Part shown: positions 42,626-55,770 of the stretch, one piece after another
Layout of the letters: the number at the start of each line of letters is the position of its first letter
Numbering within the stretch: the stretch's first letter is position 1
Source of the DNA: the human T2T-CHM13v2.0 reference genome, Homo sapiens
Assembly (NCBI RefSeq): GCF_009914755.1
Contig: NC_060931.1
Direction: 5' to 3' (one strand)
Length of the DNA stretch: 64,000 bases
Made by a program: the position numbers and the translations under genes
Notes under the pieces: generated by a model
What the model was told of the DNA's origin: nothing
Seen by the model: the letters and a program-made list of their open reading frames with translations, nothing else
Databases searched by the model: none

Positions 42626-44099
42626 AAACTAGGTAAGAGAAGAAAGGTAATTTTTTCTTTTTGGAAATATTATAATCCTGCCTAAGAAAAATTCTGAAAC
42701 AGGCCATTTCATCTTCAGTTTCTAACAGCATTAAATAATGTAACAGAATAGGTACCTTCGTTTTACCTTCCAAATCGTCTAGCTAGTCCAAATATCTGGG
42801 TCTGCAAACGGCATTTTCTGAGTCCCAGGTTCCAGATCATCCTTACTATTTCACAGAAAATAACATCACTGCCAAAGAAGTTATTTCTCCAAAGTAACTT
42901 CTTAGACTTGACGTATGTAGTTTAAGCAAATGTCCTTTAATGTTCTCTTCATCGTGGCTGGGGAAAAAAAATACCTAAAAAGCTCTGAGTTTTATTCACT
43001 TCAAAAAACGGAATCTCAAAAGATTTGAAAAAATGTCCTAGTTTTTCAACTCAACTTTAAAAGGTTTTTTCAAATGGTTAATTTGATATCCTAGAGTATT
43101 CAGCAGGATCCCTTAATGAACTTAAAACTGGACTTTTTTTCTACAGACTTGGTGTTCAGATAATGATTTAAGACCACCTCACCCTGCCTTCTTTGTGCAT
43201 GGATGTCATTAGACTCAAAGTCAAGCATGAAGGTGAACAGACATTAATGTAAGACCACTTAGAGCTACGTTCTCTGCATCACTCACAACAAGCCTCCTTT
43301 ATTAGCCCCTGACGGGGGATTCATTAGTTGGTCGGACTGGATCAAAAGCTAGGTGGAAATAACCCTTCCTGGCAACTCAGACGTTTCTCCTATTTCTCTT
43401 CTTATTTGTAGAGGTCAGTTCATAGATAATAGGAAACACTGTAACTCAAAAGATAATGTGGTCTCTGAATGCAAATCAAATTAATAGATTAAAAATATGG
43501 TGACATGGTTGAGGTTCATAGTTGATCTTTTCTATATATACATATTTTTTTTTGCCAGAAATAAATCCAACTGGCCTCTTCTCCACTCAAGATTTTCAAA
43601 CTGAATATCAGACCCCCAACTGAAATTCAGTATGGTAAAAATAGAAATAGGTATCTTTGCTTTCAGTATTTTCCCTCTCTACTCCCACATGCCCAGTTTT
43701 GCTATGTGGAATGCCACTGATACCACTGAAATTACCCCCTGAACTCCAGTTTCTCTCCATTCGCTTTGATTGCTCAGTTCTTACTCAAGCTGTCTTCAGT
43801 GCCGCTCTTCTTCCCACTGAGACATGGTGAGGTTTATGCTGTTTTCAGGCATAGACAACTAGCTTCCACCATTCTGTGTAATATATAGTGTTTCCTTGCC
43901 TGTGCACACCTGGTTCACCCAAACATCACCCTGTACACCCAACTACCCTGTAGTCTCAGCTCAGCAAGCATTCTCCCTTCATTTTCCTCATACTTGCATT
44001 TGAGGGTGTCAGAAGCTCTCCCTATCTGCACAAACTCTCCATTCACATTTTACTGAGCCAGTTCTTTCATACCCACAAAGAGTTCTTATGTGCGCCCCT

Positions 44100-44482
44100 C
44101 TTCCAATAGGATCTCTGAGACTGCTAACATATTTCCTAAAAGTTTCCCATTATCTGTAGAATAAAATATGATCTTCAGCCTGGCCTTTAAGGTTCTCCAA
44201 GGTCTCACTGTGTTTGTGGATTATTTTTTCCCAACCACTCCAGATTATATTGATCTCTGAAACTTTTTAGCATTTATATCTGCATCATTTGTTCTCAAAC
44301 TTATGCTTTCTTCCACTGTTTCATGAGAATTTTATGTCTGTTTGTTGCCCATCCTGCCAGCACTAAATGCTGAACCCTCATATTATACTTTTTTTTTTTT
44401 TTTTGCAGCATCTGGCTCAACACACAAATCGGGGCACTTAAAAATATTAATTCAGTAAGATGGAATGAGTGAATGAGTGAAA
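44100..44482 (+). mobile_element. L2 3' region
   Basis: TAGAATAAAAT..ATCTTCAGCCTGGCCTTTAAGG...; terminus GAATGAGTGAATGAGTGAA. Confidence 0.55.
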
Positions 44483-47400
44483 ATAGAGTGCTACCTAGAA
44501 ACAGAGAAACACAAAGGATGTTCAATTTGGGGAGAGAAAGCTGTAGGTGTTTTTCCAACCCACATGATACATCTTAAACATTATTTTTAGGGAGTTCTTG
44601 AAGATGGGCAAGATAAGGTCAGACACTGTTCTAGTTCACTTTTTTTTATTTTGACAAGGCACCAGGAGAGACAAAGCTAGCCCACCTCTCTTTCTTTTTT
44701 TTTTTCTTTCTTCAAAAAAGGCCATCCTCGCTTCCTTTTCCCTTTTCCCTTTTTCTTCAAAAAGTAGTATTCTACAGGAAAAACTCTCAGAGGAGGGGAG
44801 AGAAAGTGAAGGGGAAATGAGAAGGAGAGTCAGTCATCACCGCCACAGCTGTAGGAAGAACGCCTTCCTCTGCCCAGAAGGCAGGAACAAACACCACCCG
44901 ATTCCAGCCCACTGAGCAGACCTTTGAGAGGGATCAAACTTCTAAGTACTGGAGGGACCTAGAAAATTGCTTAAAAGCCAGGAAGGGTCAGCCACACAAA
45001 AGGCATGCAGGGCAGAAGGCCAGTGCCTCTGGATCACTCTGAACCCATGAACAGAAGAGCGGAGTAATGGTCCATGACTGCAAAGGGGGCAGATGAGTAA
45101 GTACAGAGAGATGATCTGCGCCCCATCAGTGAAACCCTGAAGATGATCCTTCAGGATGCTTATAATGGTTGCAGGTTTTGAGAAGACAGATACTTTTAGA
45201 GGGGTCAGGGATTACTAGCTGAGAAGCTTCCACTTACTCTTTCAGGAAAATGAAAGTACAGGCTCTGTTCTCTGCATCACCCACAAGACTCGTTTATTAC
45301 CCCCCAATGGTGTGGGGACCTTTATTAGTCAGGGGAATGATTATTATTTTGTCTAACTCCACAGGCTGATTGGCTTGGCTTTCCCAAAGTCTATGAAACT
45401 AAAACTGACCCCGCAAATTAATAGAAACAGCATGAGTCATTTGAAGTTCAAGTTTTAGGAGCCACTCAGGTTCTCACGAATCATGAGGTGGGAGCAAGCC
45501 ACCAGATGGAGGGCTCGAAGAGAGACCCAGCCCCAGAGGATCCTCTAGATTGCAACCAGCTTTTTTCAGACATTTTTATATATATAATAAGACTGTGCTC
45601 CTCCAACTAGACAGAAAGTCCTGTTGAATATGAGTCATTGGCTCTTAAATAGTTTGAAGTTTTTGTAAGGAGTTTTTGTCCTTGAAAATCCTTCTACAGA
45701 CAAGACTGAAACATTAATCAAACCTTAGGTAACCAAAGGAGTATCCTTTCATTTAACTTGTGTTTTCAGCATTATAGAAGTTTTAGTAGTGCTGTAATGT
45801 TTCACATACAAATTGCTGTAATGTGTTTTGCTTAATAAGACTTGGAAATGGAAGTAGTTGCTACTGATAAGCCCAGATGGCAATACAATAGTATCCTGAA
45901 TTAATCTGATATTCCAAACAATTTTAAACTTTTAAATAATAGAAGGTAGCAATAAAATAGTATTCTGTTGATTATAATCTAGAACATGGGCAACATTATT
46001 GGGGTAGGGGTGGCTACTGGGGACTTCAGTGTAAAACTCAGTCTTTTTGTCATTCATGAAAATTTAATTCCACATAGTCAATGTTTTACATTTCCAATTT
46101 TCATTCACCCATCACATCTGAGCAGGAAATTGTGCAATATAGGCAAAGGACAAGGACAGCAGAGGGTCACAATATGTGTACTGGAAAAGAATGAGGCAGG
46201 GGGCTGCTCCTCCTCTGGGGACAGAGCTTCTGAGATGTCCCCACTTGCCCTGTTCTAGGTGATGAGTCTCAGCTTTGTATATCCAGCAACTCAATTTTGC
46301 TAGCCACCTTGGAACTGGCTCACAATAACCCACGCTATCATTTGAAATGAGAAGATGATTTTCAGACATGCCTCTCGAGATAACCCAAAGCATCCTTCCC
46401 CATTATACAAGTTGCTTTGCCTGTAAGACCAAAATATTTCATCCAGTCTCCTGGCCCTGTCTCCTAACAGTGCTGGATATTAATCAACTGCCTTCTATAT
46501 GCTCACCACTCCCCCTTTTAAAAGCTAGACTGATAATATCTCTTGCTGGCACCTCCTCTTGGATAAGTTAGTGCCTTCCTCCTGCCACAGCTGGATAGTT
46601 GGATTCACTGACACAGTCAAGCCCTGCCTAGGGCTCACCCTGATCTCTTGATTGAAAACTTTGGATTTTAAGATGCTCCTCAGGTGTTCATGAGTGTCTC
46701 ATTTACAAGCAGTCTCCCAAGCAGAGTATTCCAACAGAAGACTGGCTTCATCCTTTGTGTATTCTTGAAACTAATTTCATTCTCAGAGTTATAGGTGTGT
46801 TTCCTTCCTATAGACAGCCACATTTTATGTAGGAGTCTTACTCATTTTGTAAAAAGGCTTATTTTATTTTCCCAGAGATTTCTGTGGTAAGAAATGCTGT
46901 CCATAGTTAAGTTCCTAGTAAAGATCTCAGGGGTAAAGGTGGGAGATGGGATGGTGGCAGCCAGGATCTTATAGGTTCACCAGGTGAGGCTTTAAGCTCA
47001 ATCTATAGGTTACCCAGTTAATCACAGGTAACAAATAGTGTTTTCCACAAAATGTAGCATTACTTTAAGTCCTTTATAATTACATATTTCCCACAATTAC
47101 TTAGCTAATGGACCACTACAGAAAATTTGGCTACATTCATAGTTTAGTAAAATGGAAGTGATTACAAAAAATAAAATTGATAGCAATACACTAAAATATT
47201 TACTTGATAAATGCATTCATAAATTAGTTTTAGTTGGAATTTTAAACTTTTAGTCAGGGCGAAGTATATGTGGGGCAGGGGGTCGGGGGGAGGTACATCT
47301 AACAACAGAGAAATCAGGAATAAATAAGGACACTTGTCTTATTATCCATGATATAAATCTACCTTCTTTGGTTTTGAATGGGATAATGTGGAGGGAGTAG

Positions 47401-47669
47401 TAGTGGCCTACGAAGCCAGCCAAGAAGCTGTTGAATCTAATTTATGACATAGTCCAGACCTGTTTTTGAGCCACCTGCCAAGGGGATTCTTCCCATTATT
47501 GGGGGAGGGAGAGGAAGGCATGTGAATAGCCAGCACTAACCACCTGGTTGGGCTAATGTTCACTGGGATCCTGAAAGAAAGAGGGCAAAACAGCCTGCTC
47601 ACCCATACCTGTCTCCCAAGCTCCCACCAGTTTCACTGACAAGGGTAGCATTAGTTAGGCGAATGACTC

Positions 47670-47758
47670 CCTATCTTATTCACCTTTATACCACCCAAGA
47701 GCACCCAGCAGAAGGCCTGACACAGAGACAGTGCTACAATGTTTAATGAATTGAATTG
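47670..47758 (+). mobile_element. L2 3' end
   Basis: CTTATTCACCTTTATA..CCCA..GCACCCAGCA..GGCCTGACACAGAG...AATGTTTAATGAATTGAAT. Confidence 0.65.
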
Positions 47759-48287
47759 TATGCTGGCCAATATTAGGCTTTACAATTGTTAAAAGATGGT
47801 TTGATATGCTTAGTCTTGTCAAAAACATTGTATGTAAGAAGAAGAAACTTGAGAAAGGTGGTCAGTAGAGAGCCTCTTCGACTAATAGACAGTTTGAGCA
47901 TCTGACAGCTGCATTAGAAGCAGAAATTGGTAAACAACTTGACATAGTATAGCAAAACATTCATGAAGGCAGCCCTGAATCCCAAACAGGGATGGATAAC
48001 CTGAGGACAAGGAAAAAAAAATGAGGCAAATAGACTTTTAATGCTGTAATATACATTAAACAGAAGCCCTCTATTTCTGTTCCATGTTCAGATCCATCTT
48101 GAGAGCACAGCAAACACTCAGAGTATCTGGGGGAGAAGGTCAGTTTTCATTCATCATTATCAGCAATGAATAGTTACTAAAAGGAGTGAGGCTTTGAGCC
48201 CAGGAAAGCAGAAAGAACAGAGAGAGTCCCCAAGGCTGGGATGAGGCAGGAAGCTGCTCAGGAGGATTAGCGCCTGACGTGGAAGTG

Positions 48288-48356
48288 GTTTCCCATTCTT
48301 CTCTTTTATTCCTAAGTTTCCTCCATTCTTCTCCTTTATTCCTTAAGTTTCCTCCA
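48288..48356. repeat. ~30-bp tandem duplication (about 2.3 copies)
   Basis: CCATTCTTCTCTTTTATTCCTAAGTTTCCT / CCATTCTTCTCCTTTATTCCTTAAGTTTCCT. Confidence 0.85.
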
Positions 48357-48621
48357 ATGACAACACCCAGATCTTAATGCCCTTTAAGGAGTCCCTGAAG
48401 AGCAAGACCTGGTAGGGACCGCCCAGGAATCTGGTGGCTGACTAGAGCCCCAAGCTGTAACAGGGCCATTTGCTCTGCTCTTGGCCATCGTGTCCATTCC
48501 AAAACTGGCTTTGGCATTCATTGGGCTGGTCTGGCTCAAACTCTATAAACAAATGCCCTTCTAAGTAAGGACTGCCCAAGTGGAGAACAGAAGTCACGTC
48601 AGTTATGCCTTATCATTCTCA

Positions 48622-48780
48622 GGGATTCACAGTATTTTAGAGCTGTCTGTGGTTAAACAGTGGACAATTTAGGCCAATCAAAGCCATTAATGAGGAAGAA
48701 ACTAAAGTCCAGAGAGATGGAATGACTTCCAGGGTCACACAGAGCCCAAGGGTGAGCCAGTCCAATCCTTCGACCACTAC
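48622..48780 (-). mobile_element. MIR3-like
   Basis: ATTTTAGAGCTG...GAAGAAACTAAAGTCCAGAGAGATGGAATGACTTCCAGGGTCACACAG. Confidence 0.65.
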
Positions 48781-49606
48781 CTGCACCCCATATGTATGTG
48801 CTGTTCTCCCTTTATAGCCTTCGTTACTGTGTGTCCCATATTATTTCCATATTATTTTCCTAAGTCTAGGTCTTCAATGGAGTGTGTGTGCAGATGTGTC
48901 TGTGTGAGTATGTGTCTGTATCTGTGCTGAGCAGGGCAACTGTGCTGGAATAAGAGCTTCAAGAGGTCTTCGGAGAGCCCAGGTATTCACTCTAGCCCTC
49001 TCTCTGGTGTTCAGCCAAGCAAATGTCAGGAGTTTTCATAAGTAATATTTCTCTAACTGGCTTGTTCTTTCCCATGTAACCCAGATCTCAACCAGAATCT
49101 CTTCCTTCCTTGAAATTTAAACTGTATTCCCCTAAACCTTAATTTGTTCTTCATGTGCATCCATGAACTTCCCCCAAATTGCTGTGATTTCCAGAGCAGG
49201 TTCCAGCCTTGTGTGCTTCTAAGCTCCTTTTCTAACACAAGTTCTAGTTATAGCCTAGCTACTGGGGTGAAGGTGACATTCTCTGTCCTATATCATATGT
49301 GAAAATCAAACCCCTTCCAAAGACTCCTAACCAAAACAAAATAAAAACCACCCACACAGGGCCACTGTGAATACGAGAGTATGAGATATAGAGTCAGTTT
49401 GCATTAAAACAAACCACTTCGAACTGACCAGTAGACATGCCCATTTTTTAATTACGTTCTCTGCCAGGTAACAACCCCCTTGGTAACTCAAGTTTTACCA
49501 TCTTCTTAACTTATTTTTACTCTTCTTTCTCATTATCTTGCTCCCCCTTTCTCCTCCTTTCAAGATTGCTTGAGATTCTGTATCCTTCTTGTTCTACTAC
49601 TTAGAA

Positions 49607-49832
49607 GTAGCAACTCTCAACTGGAGGGGATTTTGTTCACGGGGGAACATTTAACAATATCTCAAGACATTTTTGGTTGTTTCAGTGAGGAGGTACCGGA
49701 AATTGACATGTAGTAGGTCGAGGCCAGGGATGCTGGTAAACATCCTGCAATGCACAGGACAGGTCCTACAACAGCAAATTATCTGGCCTCAAATGTCACA
49801 GAGTTGAGAAGGCTGTAGGTTGGGAAACCCTG
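49607..49832 (+). mobile_element. MER20 hAT-Charlie MITE
   Basis: TCTCAACTGGAGGGGATTTTG...AGACATTTTTGGTTG...GAGGCCAGGGATGCTGGTAAACATCCTGCAATGCACAGGACAG...AAATGTCA...GGTTGGGAAACCCTG. Confidence 0.9.
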
Positions 49833-49974
49833 ATCTATAGTGACTTGGCTATAGCCATGTCTATTCAAATACCAACTACAGTCCTAGGCATATCCAAATT
49901 CTTTCCACCCTCCTTAGAACGTGGCAATAGTTTAAAATAGCATTTTCTTACTTCGGTTGCACTAACAAGATCCA

Positions 49975-50185
49975 GATGGAATGTCACCTCCCCTGGCAGC
50001 CTTTCCTGGTCCCTCTTTCCACTCCTCCATCTGTGCTTTCATGACACTTTTTACACACCACCGTCCTACCATCCGTCTACCTTGTTAGACCATAGCCGCT
50101 TAGCAGCATAGATCATTCCCTTTTAGCTCCTCTAGCACAGTTCCTGGCATAGAATTGGTGTTTAATAATCCTTGTAGAATGAAAC
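49975..50185 (+). mobile_element. L2 3' end
   Basis: AATGTCACCTCCCCTGGCAGCCTTTCCTG...CTAGCACAGTTCCTGGCATAGAA...TTTAATAA..TTGTAGAATGAA. Confidence 0.7.
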
Positions 50186-50874
50186 TGAATCTTCAGAGCA
50201 GCTCCTCCAATCTTAGTATCAAGCCTGACAGAAGAGTGGCGATTATCATGATAGCTGAGGGCAATCATAACTCTTGTTAGAGAAGGTACAAATGTCATGG
50301 GGATGACTATATGATGATGCACGGTACAGCCTTGGTTGAAAAGACCACACTTAGTGTGAAGATCCAAAGATGACTCAACATGGCTCTTAGAGACACCCAT
50401 TGTCGACAGAGGATATCAACCTGAGAAGATGGTCCCCATCCCAGTTTTCAGTGATGGCATCACAGCTTTCAATTTGCATTGCAATCAGGGCTATTTTAAA
50501 GGAAGAAATGTAACAGCCTATCTAAATATTGCTAAAGCACACATAAATGCCAATTTTTCTTGACTAAGGATACGTGGTATAATTATTTTAGAATTAGGAG
50601 TAATTTTCCAAAGCTTTGTAAGCACTTCATTAAGTAATAGAATTTCAAATAGTAACTTCTAGATAAACAATCGGTTGGTGAGAAAGAAAAATTGACATTC
50701 ATCTATAAGGAAAAGGATGTATGAAAGAAATAGGAAATTTCAACTTAACACTTCTAATCAATAATTTTGATCTCATCTTCCAGATACTGTTACATCAAGC
50801 CATCCAACCATGATATATAAGCATAATTGAAGTATTAGGCAATGACATTTATTTATATATACATGTGGGCTTTG

Positions 50875-51195
<321 letters not shown>

Positions 51196-51718
51196 TAAAG
51201 TTAATGACAATCAAACTTTGATGCCTTCTAAGGATAGATATTTCATCATTTCCTTTATTTAAAGATAAAAACAAATAGAAAATAGCAGTGAGGAAAAGCT
51301 AACAGCTACAGAAACCAACTGGATTTTGCATGACATCTTCCCTGCCAAAGTTCATGCCAGCCGATTACCCTTTCTCTACCCTGCCTCAGCTTCAAACAAC
51401 TCCCCTAGAGCAAATCCTACCTACTGTAGACCCAGTAGCTGTTTCCCCTTTTTTCTTCCTCAGGGACTACTGGTTGGCAGTGGCCATTTGCCTCGGGATA
51501 CATTGGCCCTGCCAGAGCCCAACTGGTGAATCTCAGTTTAGTTAGTTATACCCAGTATTTATCAAACAAAAAGGCCCCCAATGGAGACTTCGTAGGTATT
51601 TTTTTTTCCTTAAGTACTCCCAAACCTCCGTCCCCATCCTGTAAAAGTTTAATTCCACAGATACAATGTCCTTTGGAGGAACATAAACGATTGTAACACC
51701 TAAGATTATTTTTGTCCC

Positions 51719-52221
51719 TGTGGTACACAGAAAAACAGCCCCATAAAGACATCCACATTCTAATCTCTGGAACCTGTGAATATGGTAGGTTACACTGCAA
51801 AGGAAAATTAAGGTTGCAAATGGAACTAAGGTAGCTATCCAGCTGAATTTGAGACAGGAAGATGATCCCAGATGATTCTGGTGGGCCCATTGTAACCACA
51901 AGGGTCCTTAAATTGGGAAGGGGGAGGCAGAGGAGTCATAAATGAGAAAGGTCATCATAAAAAAAAGACTCGCTTGATCATTGCTGGCTTTGAAGATAGA
52001 AGGGGACCATAGCCAAGGAATGCTGGCAGCTTCTGGAAGCTGGAAAACAGAGCAAAATAGATTAAGAAAGGAGCACAGCTCTGCTGAATAATTAACACAC
52101 CTTAATTACAGCCCTTAATTATTGGGCTTCTAACATCCAGAAATGAAAGATAATAAATCTATCTTGTTTAAAGCCACTAGATTTGTGGTCATCTGTAATA
52201 GCAGCATAGGAAACTAGCACA
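51719..52221 (+). mobile_element. MLT1D-like MaLR solo LTR
   Basis: TGTGG...GGAACCTGTGAATATG...AATTAAGGTTGCAAATGGA...GGTGGGCCC..TGTAACCACAAGGGTCCTTA...TTGCTGGCTTTGAAGAT...GGAAACTAGCACA. Confidence 0.85.
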
Positions 52222-52279
52222 TCCCCCATCCCCAAGAACCAATTTTGGTCACCACGGTGGCAATTCTGCCACCACTGAG

Positions 52280-52725
52280 AATGTATAGTCTAACTCAGTC
52301 ATTGTAATCTCACTCCTTTCCCAGGTATTAATTTAAAAGTAGGCATGTGACTGAATTCTGGCCAAGGAGATATAAGCGTCCCCTGGAAGTCTCTGGAGGC
52401 TTTTTGGCTCTTAAAAAAAAAAATGGAGAGATTCATTTTAAGACAAACTTCCCTTTGTTTTTCTATAGATGTCACCATTTACTTGTGATCCCTGGACCTG
52501 CTACCAGGAGACAATGAGGGCTGACTGATAAGAAAGACCACATGCTAAGGGTAGAAGCACAGAACAGTGGGAAGGAGCTGGATCCTCGCTGCCTTTGTTT
52601 GCAGAGGGACACAACCAGCCAACACACTTCCAGACTTCTTGCTATATAGGAAGAAAAATGCACTCATTATTTAAGCTAGTTTTGGGATGGCTCTTTCCTG
52701 CTTGCCATCAAAAGCAACCTTTCTT
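52280..52725 (+). mobile_element. MLT1J/K-like MaLR LTR relic
   Basis: GGCATGTGACTGAATTCTGGCCAAGGAGA...CCTGGACCTGCT...TTCCAGACTTCTTG...TTTAAGCTAG. Confidence 0.6.
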
Positions 52726-52879
52726 CCCTTTACCAAAAATAAACGCATTCTATAAACAAAACATTCATCATTCAGTATCCCCTTGTTAGCTCAAATTTAA
52801 TATGGTCAGCAGCGATATTTAAGGGAGAAGATTTCGGTGTCAGAGAATATAGAAATGAGATTCTAATTAGAGATGTTTA

Positions 52880-53380
52880 GCAGACACTTAATCCCTAGAA
52901 TAGCACGAAAGGTCCTTTCTGGGCTAGCCTTTGCCCAGAACAGCCTGTTCTCTCATACCCCATTTCCCCCACCTGCCTCCACCCTGAACTCCATGTATCC
53001 TGTGCCCCAGTCACACTGAACAGCTTGCCATTGCAAACACATGCTTGCCTTCTCCATCCCTGTGCAGTAGAGCAGGATGGTCCCTAGAGCCCTTTTACCT
53101 GACTAACACCTTCTCATTATTCACAATGCAATGCAGATATTGGCTTCATGGAGCCACACCTGGCATCACCCCTACCCAGAGAGAGTGAAACATTAGTAAC
53201 CTTACTTTACCTGTGTTCCCACAGAACCTTAGGTACATCTTTGCCCTGTATTTTTCAAATTGTCAGAAGTGCTGTAATTGGGTGAGTTAATGCCTGTCTC
53301 TCTCCCACTAACCTGGAACCCGAAGTTAGAAACTGTGGCCTTCATGGGTAAACCCCCACACCTAGTACTGTGCCTGGGCC
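52880..53380 (+). mobile_element. L2 3' region
   Basis: CCAGTCACACTGAAC..CTTG...CTGTGTTCCCACAGAACCTT...TGTCTCTCTCCCACTA...ACCTAGTACTGTGCCTGG. Confidence 0.6.
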
Positions 53381-53419
53381 AGAAGGGGAGGGAGGAGGCA
53401 GAGGGAAAAAGGGAGAGCA

Positions 53420-53880
53420 AATGAATATGAATGAGAGAGTGTGAGTCTGGAGCTCAGATGAGACATCAGAACTGAAGATATCATTTGGGGAGTCATCAGC
53501 ATAGAGACGACAATTGAAACTGAAAGCTTGTATGAGATTGCCAAGAACAGTTTCTTTAGAAATATTCACCATCACGGGTGGGAGGAGGTAAAGGTGCAGA
53601 GAGAGAAGCATGGGAGAAGGAATTCTGAGTGCTGATAAAGGAGACAATTTCTGAAGGTATCAGCAGTGCTGGAGGATGCAAAGGGGTCAAGAAGGAAGGA
53701 AGCCAGGAAAAGGCCTTGGACTTGGCCTCAGAAAGAACCTCTAAGAAAGTAATAGTAATTTCACCAGAGTGAGTAGAGAGGAAGTCTAGTGGCAGGGGAT
53801 TCAAGGGAGAGTGAACACAGAGTCAGTGGGTACACACTGAGCCCACACTGCTCCTGCAGATGCTCACCAGAAAAGGAAGA
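53420..53880 (-). mobile_element. L2 internal fragment
   Basis: GTCTGGAGCTCAGATGAGA...TTTGGGGAGTCATCAGCATAGAG...TTGAAAC...GGCCTTGGACTTGGC. Confidence 0.7.
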
Positions 53881-54129
53881 GAACAAACTATACCGCTCTT
53901 TGCCTTCTTTCATTCCATATTCACATGGGCTGATAATCCTGAAAACATTTTTATTTAATTAAAAAATACAATGCCTTTATATATTTTGGTCTGTTCAGGA
54001 ATAAGCTCTTTAGGGATTTTGCCAAAGGGGATATAAAATGTAGTCCACTCTGCCAGGGCTGGTGTGGCAGCCTGGGGATTGGTTATGTGGTATGGATTCA
54101 GGGGTGGGCTTCCTTGTTCCAATAGACCA

Positions 54130-54235
54130 GGAACAAGGAAACCTGAGTCCCTGGTGCTAGTCTTTCCTTGTAACTCACTCTATGATCTTTATTAAGTTAT
54201 TCATGTCTCTGGGCCTCAGTTTCTCCCTTCTTAAC
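54130..54235 (+). mobile_element. MIR fragment
   Basis: ACCTGAGTCCC...TAACTCACTCTATGATCTTT..AAGTTATT..TCTCTGGGCCTCAGTTTC. Confidence 0.6.
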
Positions 54236-54464
54236 CTGCTTTAGTTCTCAATCCCACTCAATGATACCAGGAAATAATTCGACCAGTCAATGAATATTTA
54301 CCTATTAGTTCAATGTGCAAAGCATTAAGCTAAGAGGCTAATGGAAGTTTCCATTCTTCTAATGGAAAACTCTGATCCCTATTATGACATAAATCTCTCC
54401 TGGGAAAGTAACAATCTTAGCTGTTATTAGTCATTAACACTACTGCGTAAATGTTTCCTCGATT

Positions 54465-54711
54465 ATAATAATAATGGCAAACATTTCTTAAAAGCTTATT
54501 GCATGCTGGATCCTAAGCTTAAAACTTTACATGGGTTTTCTCTTTTAATCATTACAAAAGCCATAGGAAGTCAAGAACATTGTTAACCTTGTTTACAGAT
54601 GTGGCAGGTGGGGCTTGGAGAAATCATTTGTCTAACATAGTCACGCAGTGATGTCACTAGGCAAGTGCCAGAGCGGGATCGGAACCCAGGCAGCATGGCC
54701 TCAAAGCCTGT
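54465..54711 (-). mobile_element. MIR
   Basis: ATAATAATGGCAAACATTT...TTTACAGATGTGG...GTCAC...GTGCCAGAGCGGGATCGGAACCCAGGCAG...CAAAGCCTGT. Confidence 0.8.
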
Positions 54712-54898
54712 TGCTTTAGTCAGGGTTCTCCACAGAAACACAACCAAGAGGAATTCCCTCTTGCTCAGGGAAGGTCAAACTTCTGTTCAGTCCTTCACCT
54801 GATGGGATAAGAATCACAGAAACATCCAAAATAATATTTGTCCACATACCTTGTGCAACTTGGCCCAGATAAGTTGACACATAAAATCAACCATCACA
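54712..54898 (-). mobile_element. MLT2-type ERVL solo LTR, internally deleted, with 5-bp TSD
   Basis: Both ends present: TG.TTTAGTCAGGGTTCTCC and AAGTTGACACATAAAATCAACCATCACA. Flanks CCTGT / CTTGT. Confidence 0.8.
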
Positions 54899-54989
54899 CT
54901 TGTGCACTTAACAGAACAAGGTACTCAATAATATTTTTTAAAATATTAGTTCACCTCAAAGCATTTCTTTTTGTTTTCCTCACTTTCGT

Positions 54990-55770
54990 TGATAATATAA
55001 TTATTCACCTAGGTGCCAAAGCCAAAACTTTGAGCACCATCCCTGCCTCTTCCTTCTCCCTCACTCTGTATACCCCATTGCTTGCAATTGTTTGATTCTA
55101 CTTCTTAAAGGTCTTCCTACTAGTCACCTCATCTCCATCCTTGCAACCACAGCTTTATTTAGGACCTTGTTATTCATTGCTTGGACTATTGCAACACCCT
55201 ACTAACTCAACCTGCTGCCTACAGATGGACTGAATCTCTCCATTCATCTTTCAGCCTACCATCAGAAGGAACTCCCTCAAACACAAATCTGGTCACGCTG
55301 CTGCCCTTTATATAATTCTTCAAATGCCCTACCTCCTTAGTTTGGTTTAAAAACAAGGTCCCCCCATCATCCCTTTCCTAAGCCCCCATACTCCTTGCAT
55401 CCTACCTAACAACAACAACAACAACAAAATCTGCTTCCTTGAAATTGCCATTACCCTTCCTTGGTTCTAAACTTTTGCAAATGCTGCCCCCCTCTTTCAC
55501 AAAAGGAATGCTGCTCCCTTTTCCCCCAAAATCGGCTCAAACACCATTATTGTCTGAAAGTGTTTCCTGATATCTCTGGGCAAAATAAAGTACCTTCATC
55601 CCTGTCCTTCCAGAGCTTCAGTACAGAATTTACCAACCACTGTAAGTAACACCCCCTCTAGACTATAAATCCCTAGGAGACAGTGCTATGTTCTGTTCAT
55701 TTGGGGAACCTGAACACCTGACAACATACTACCCGGAAATATGAGAACAAGTACTTCATACATGTATTGG
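54990..55770 (+). mobile_element. L2 3' region containing an (AAC)6 repeat (~55408-55426)
   Basis: CCAAAACTTTGAGCACCATCCCTG...TGCTTGGACTATTGCAAC...AAACACAAATCTGGTCA...CTAGACTATAAA. Confidence 0.75.
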
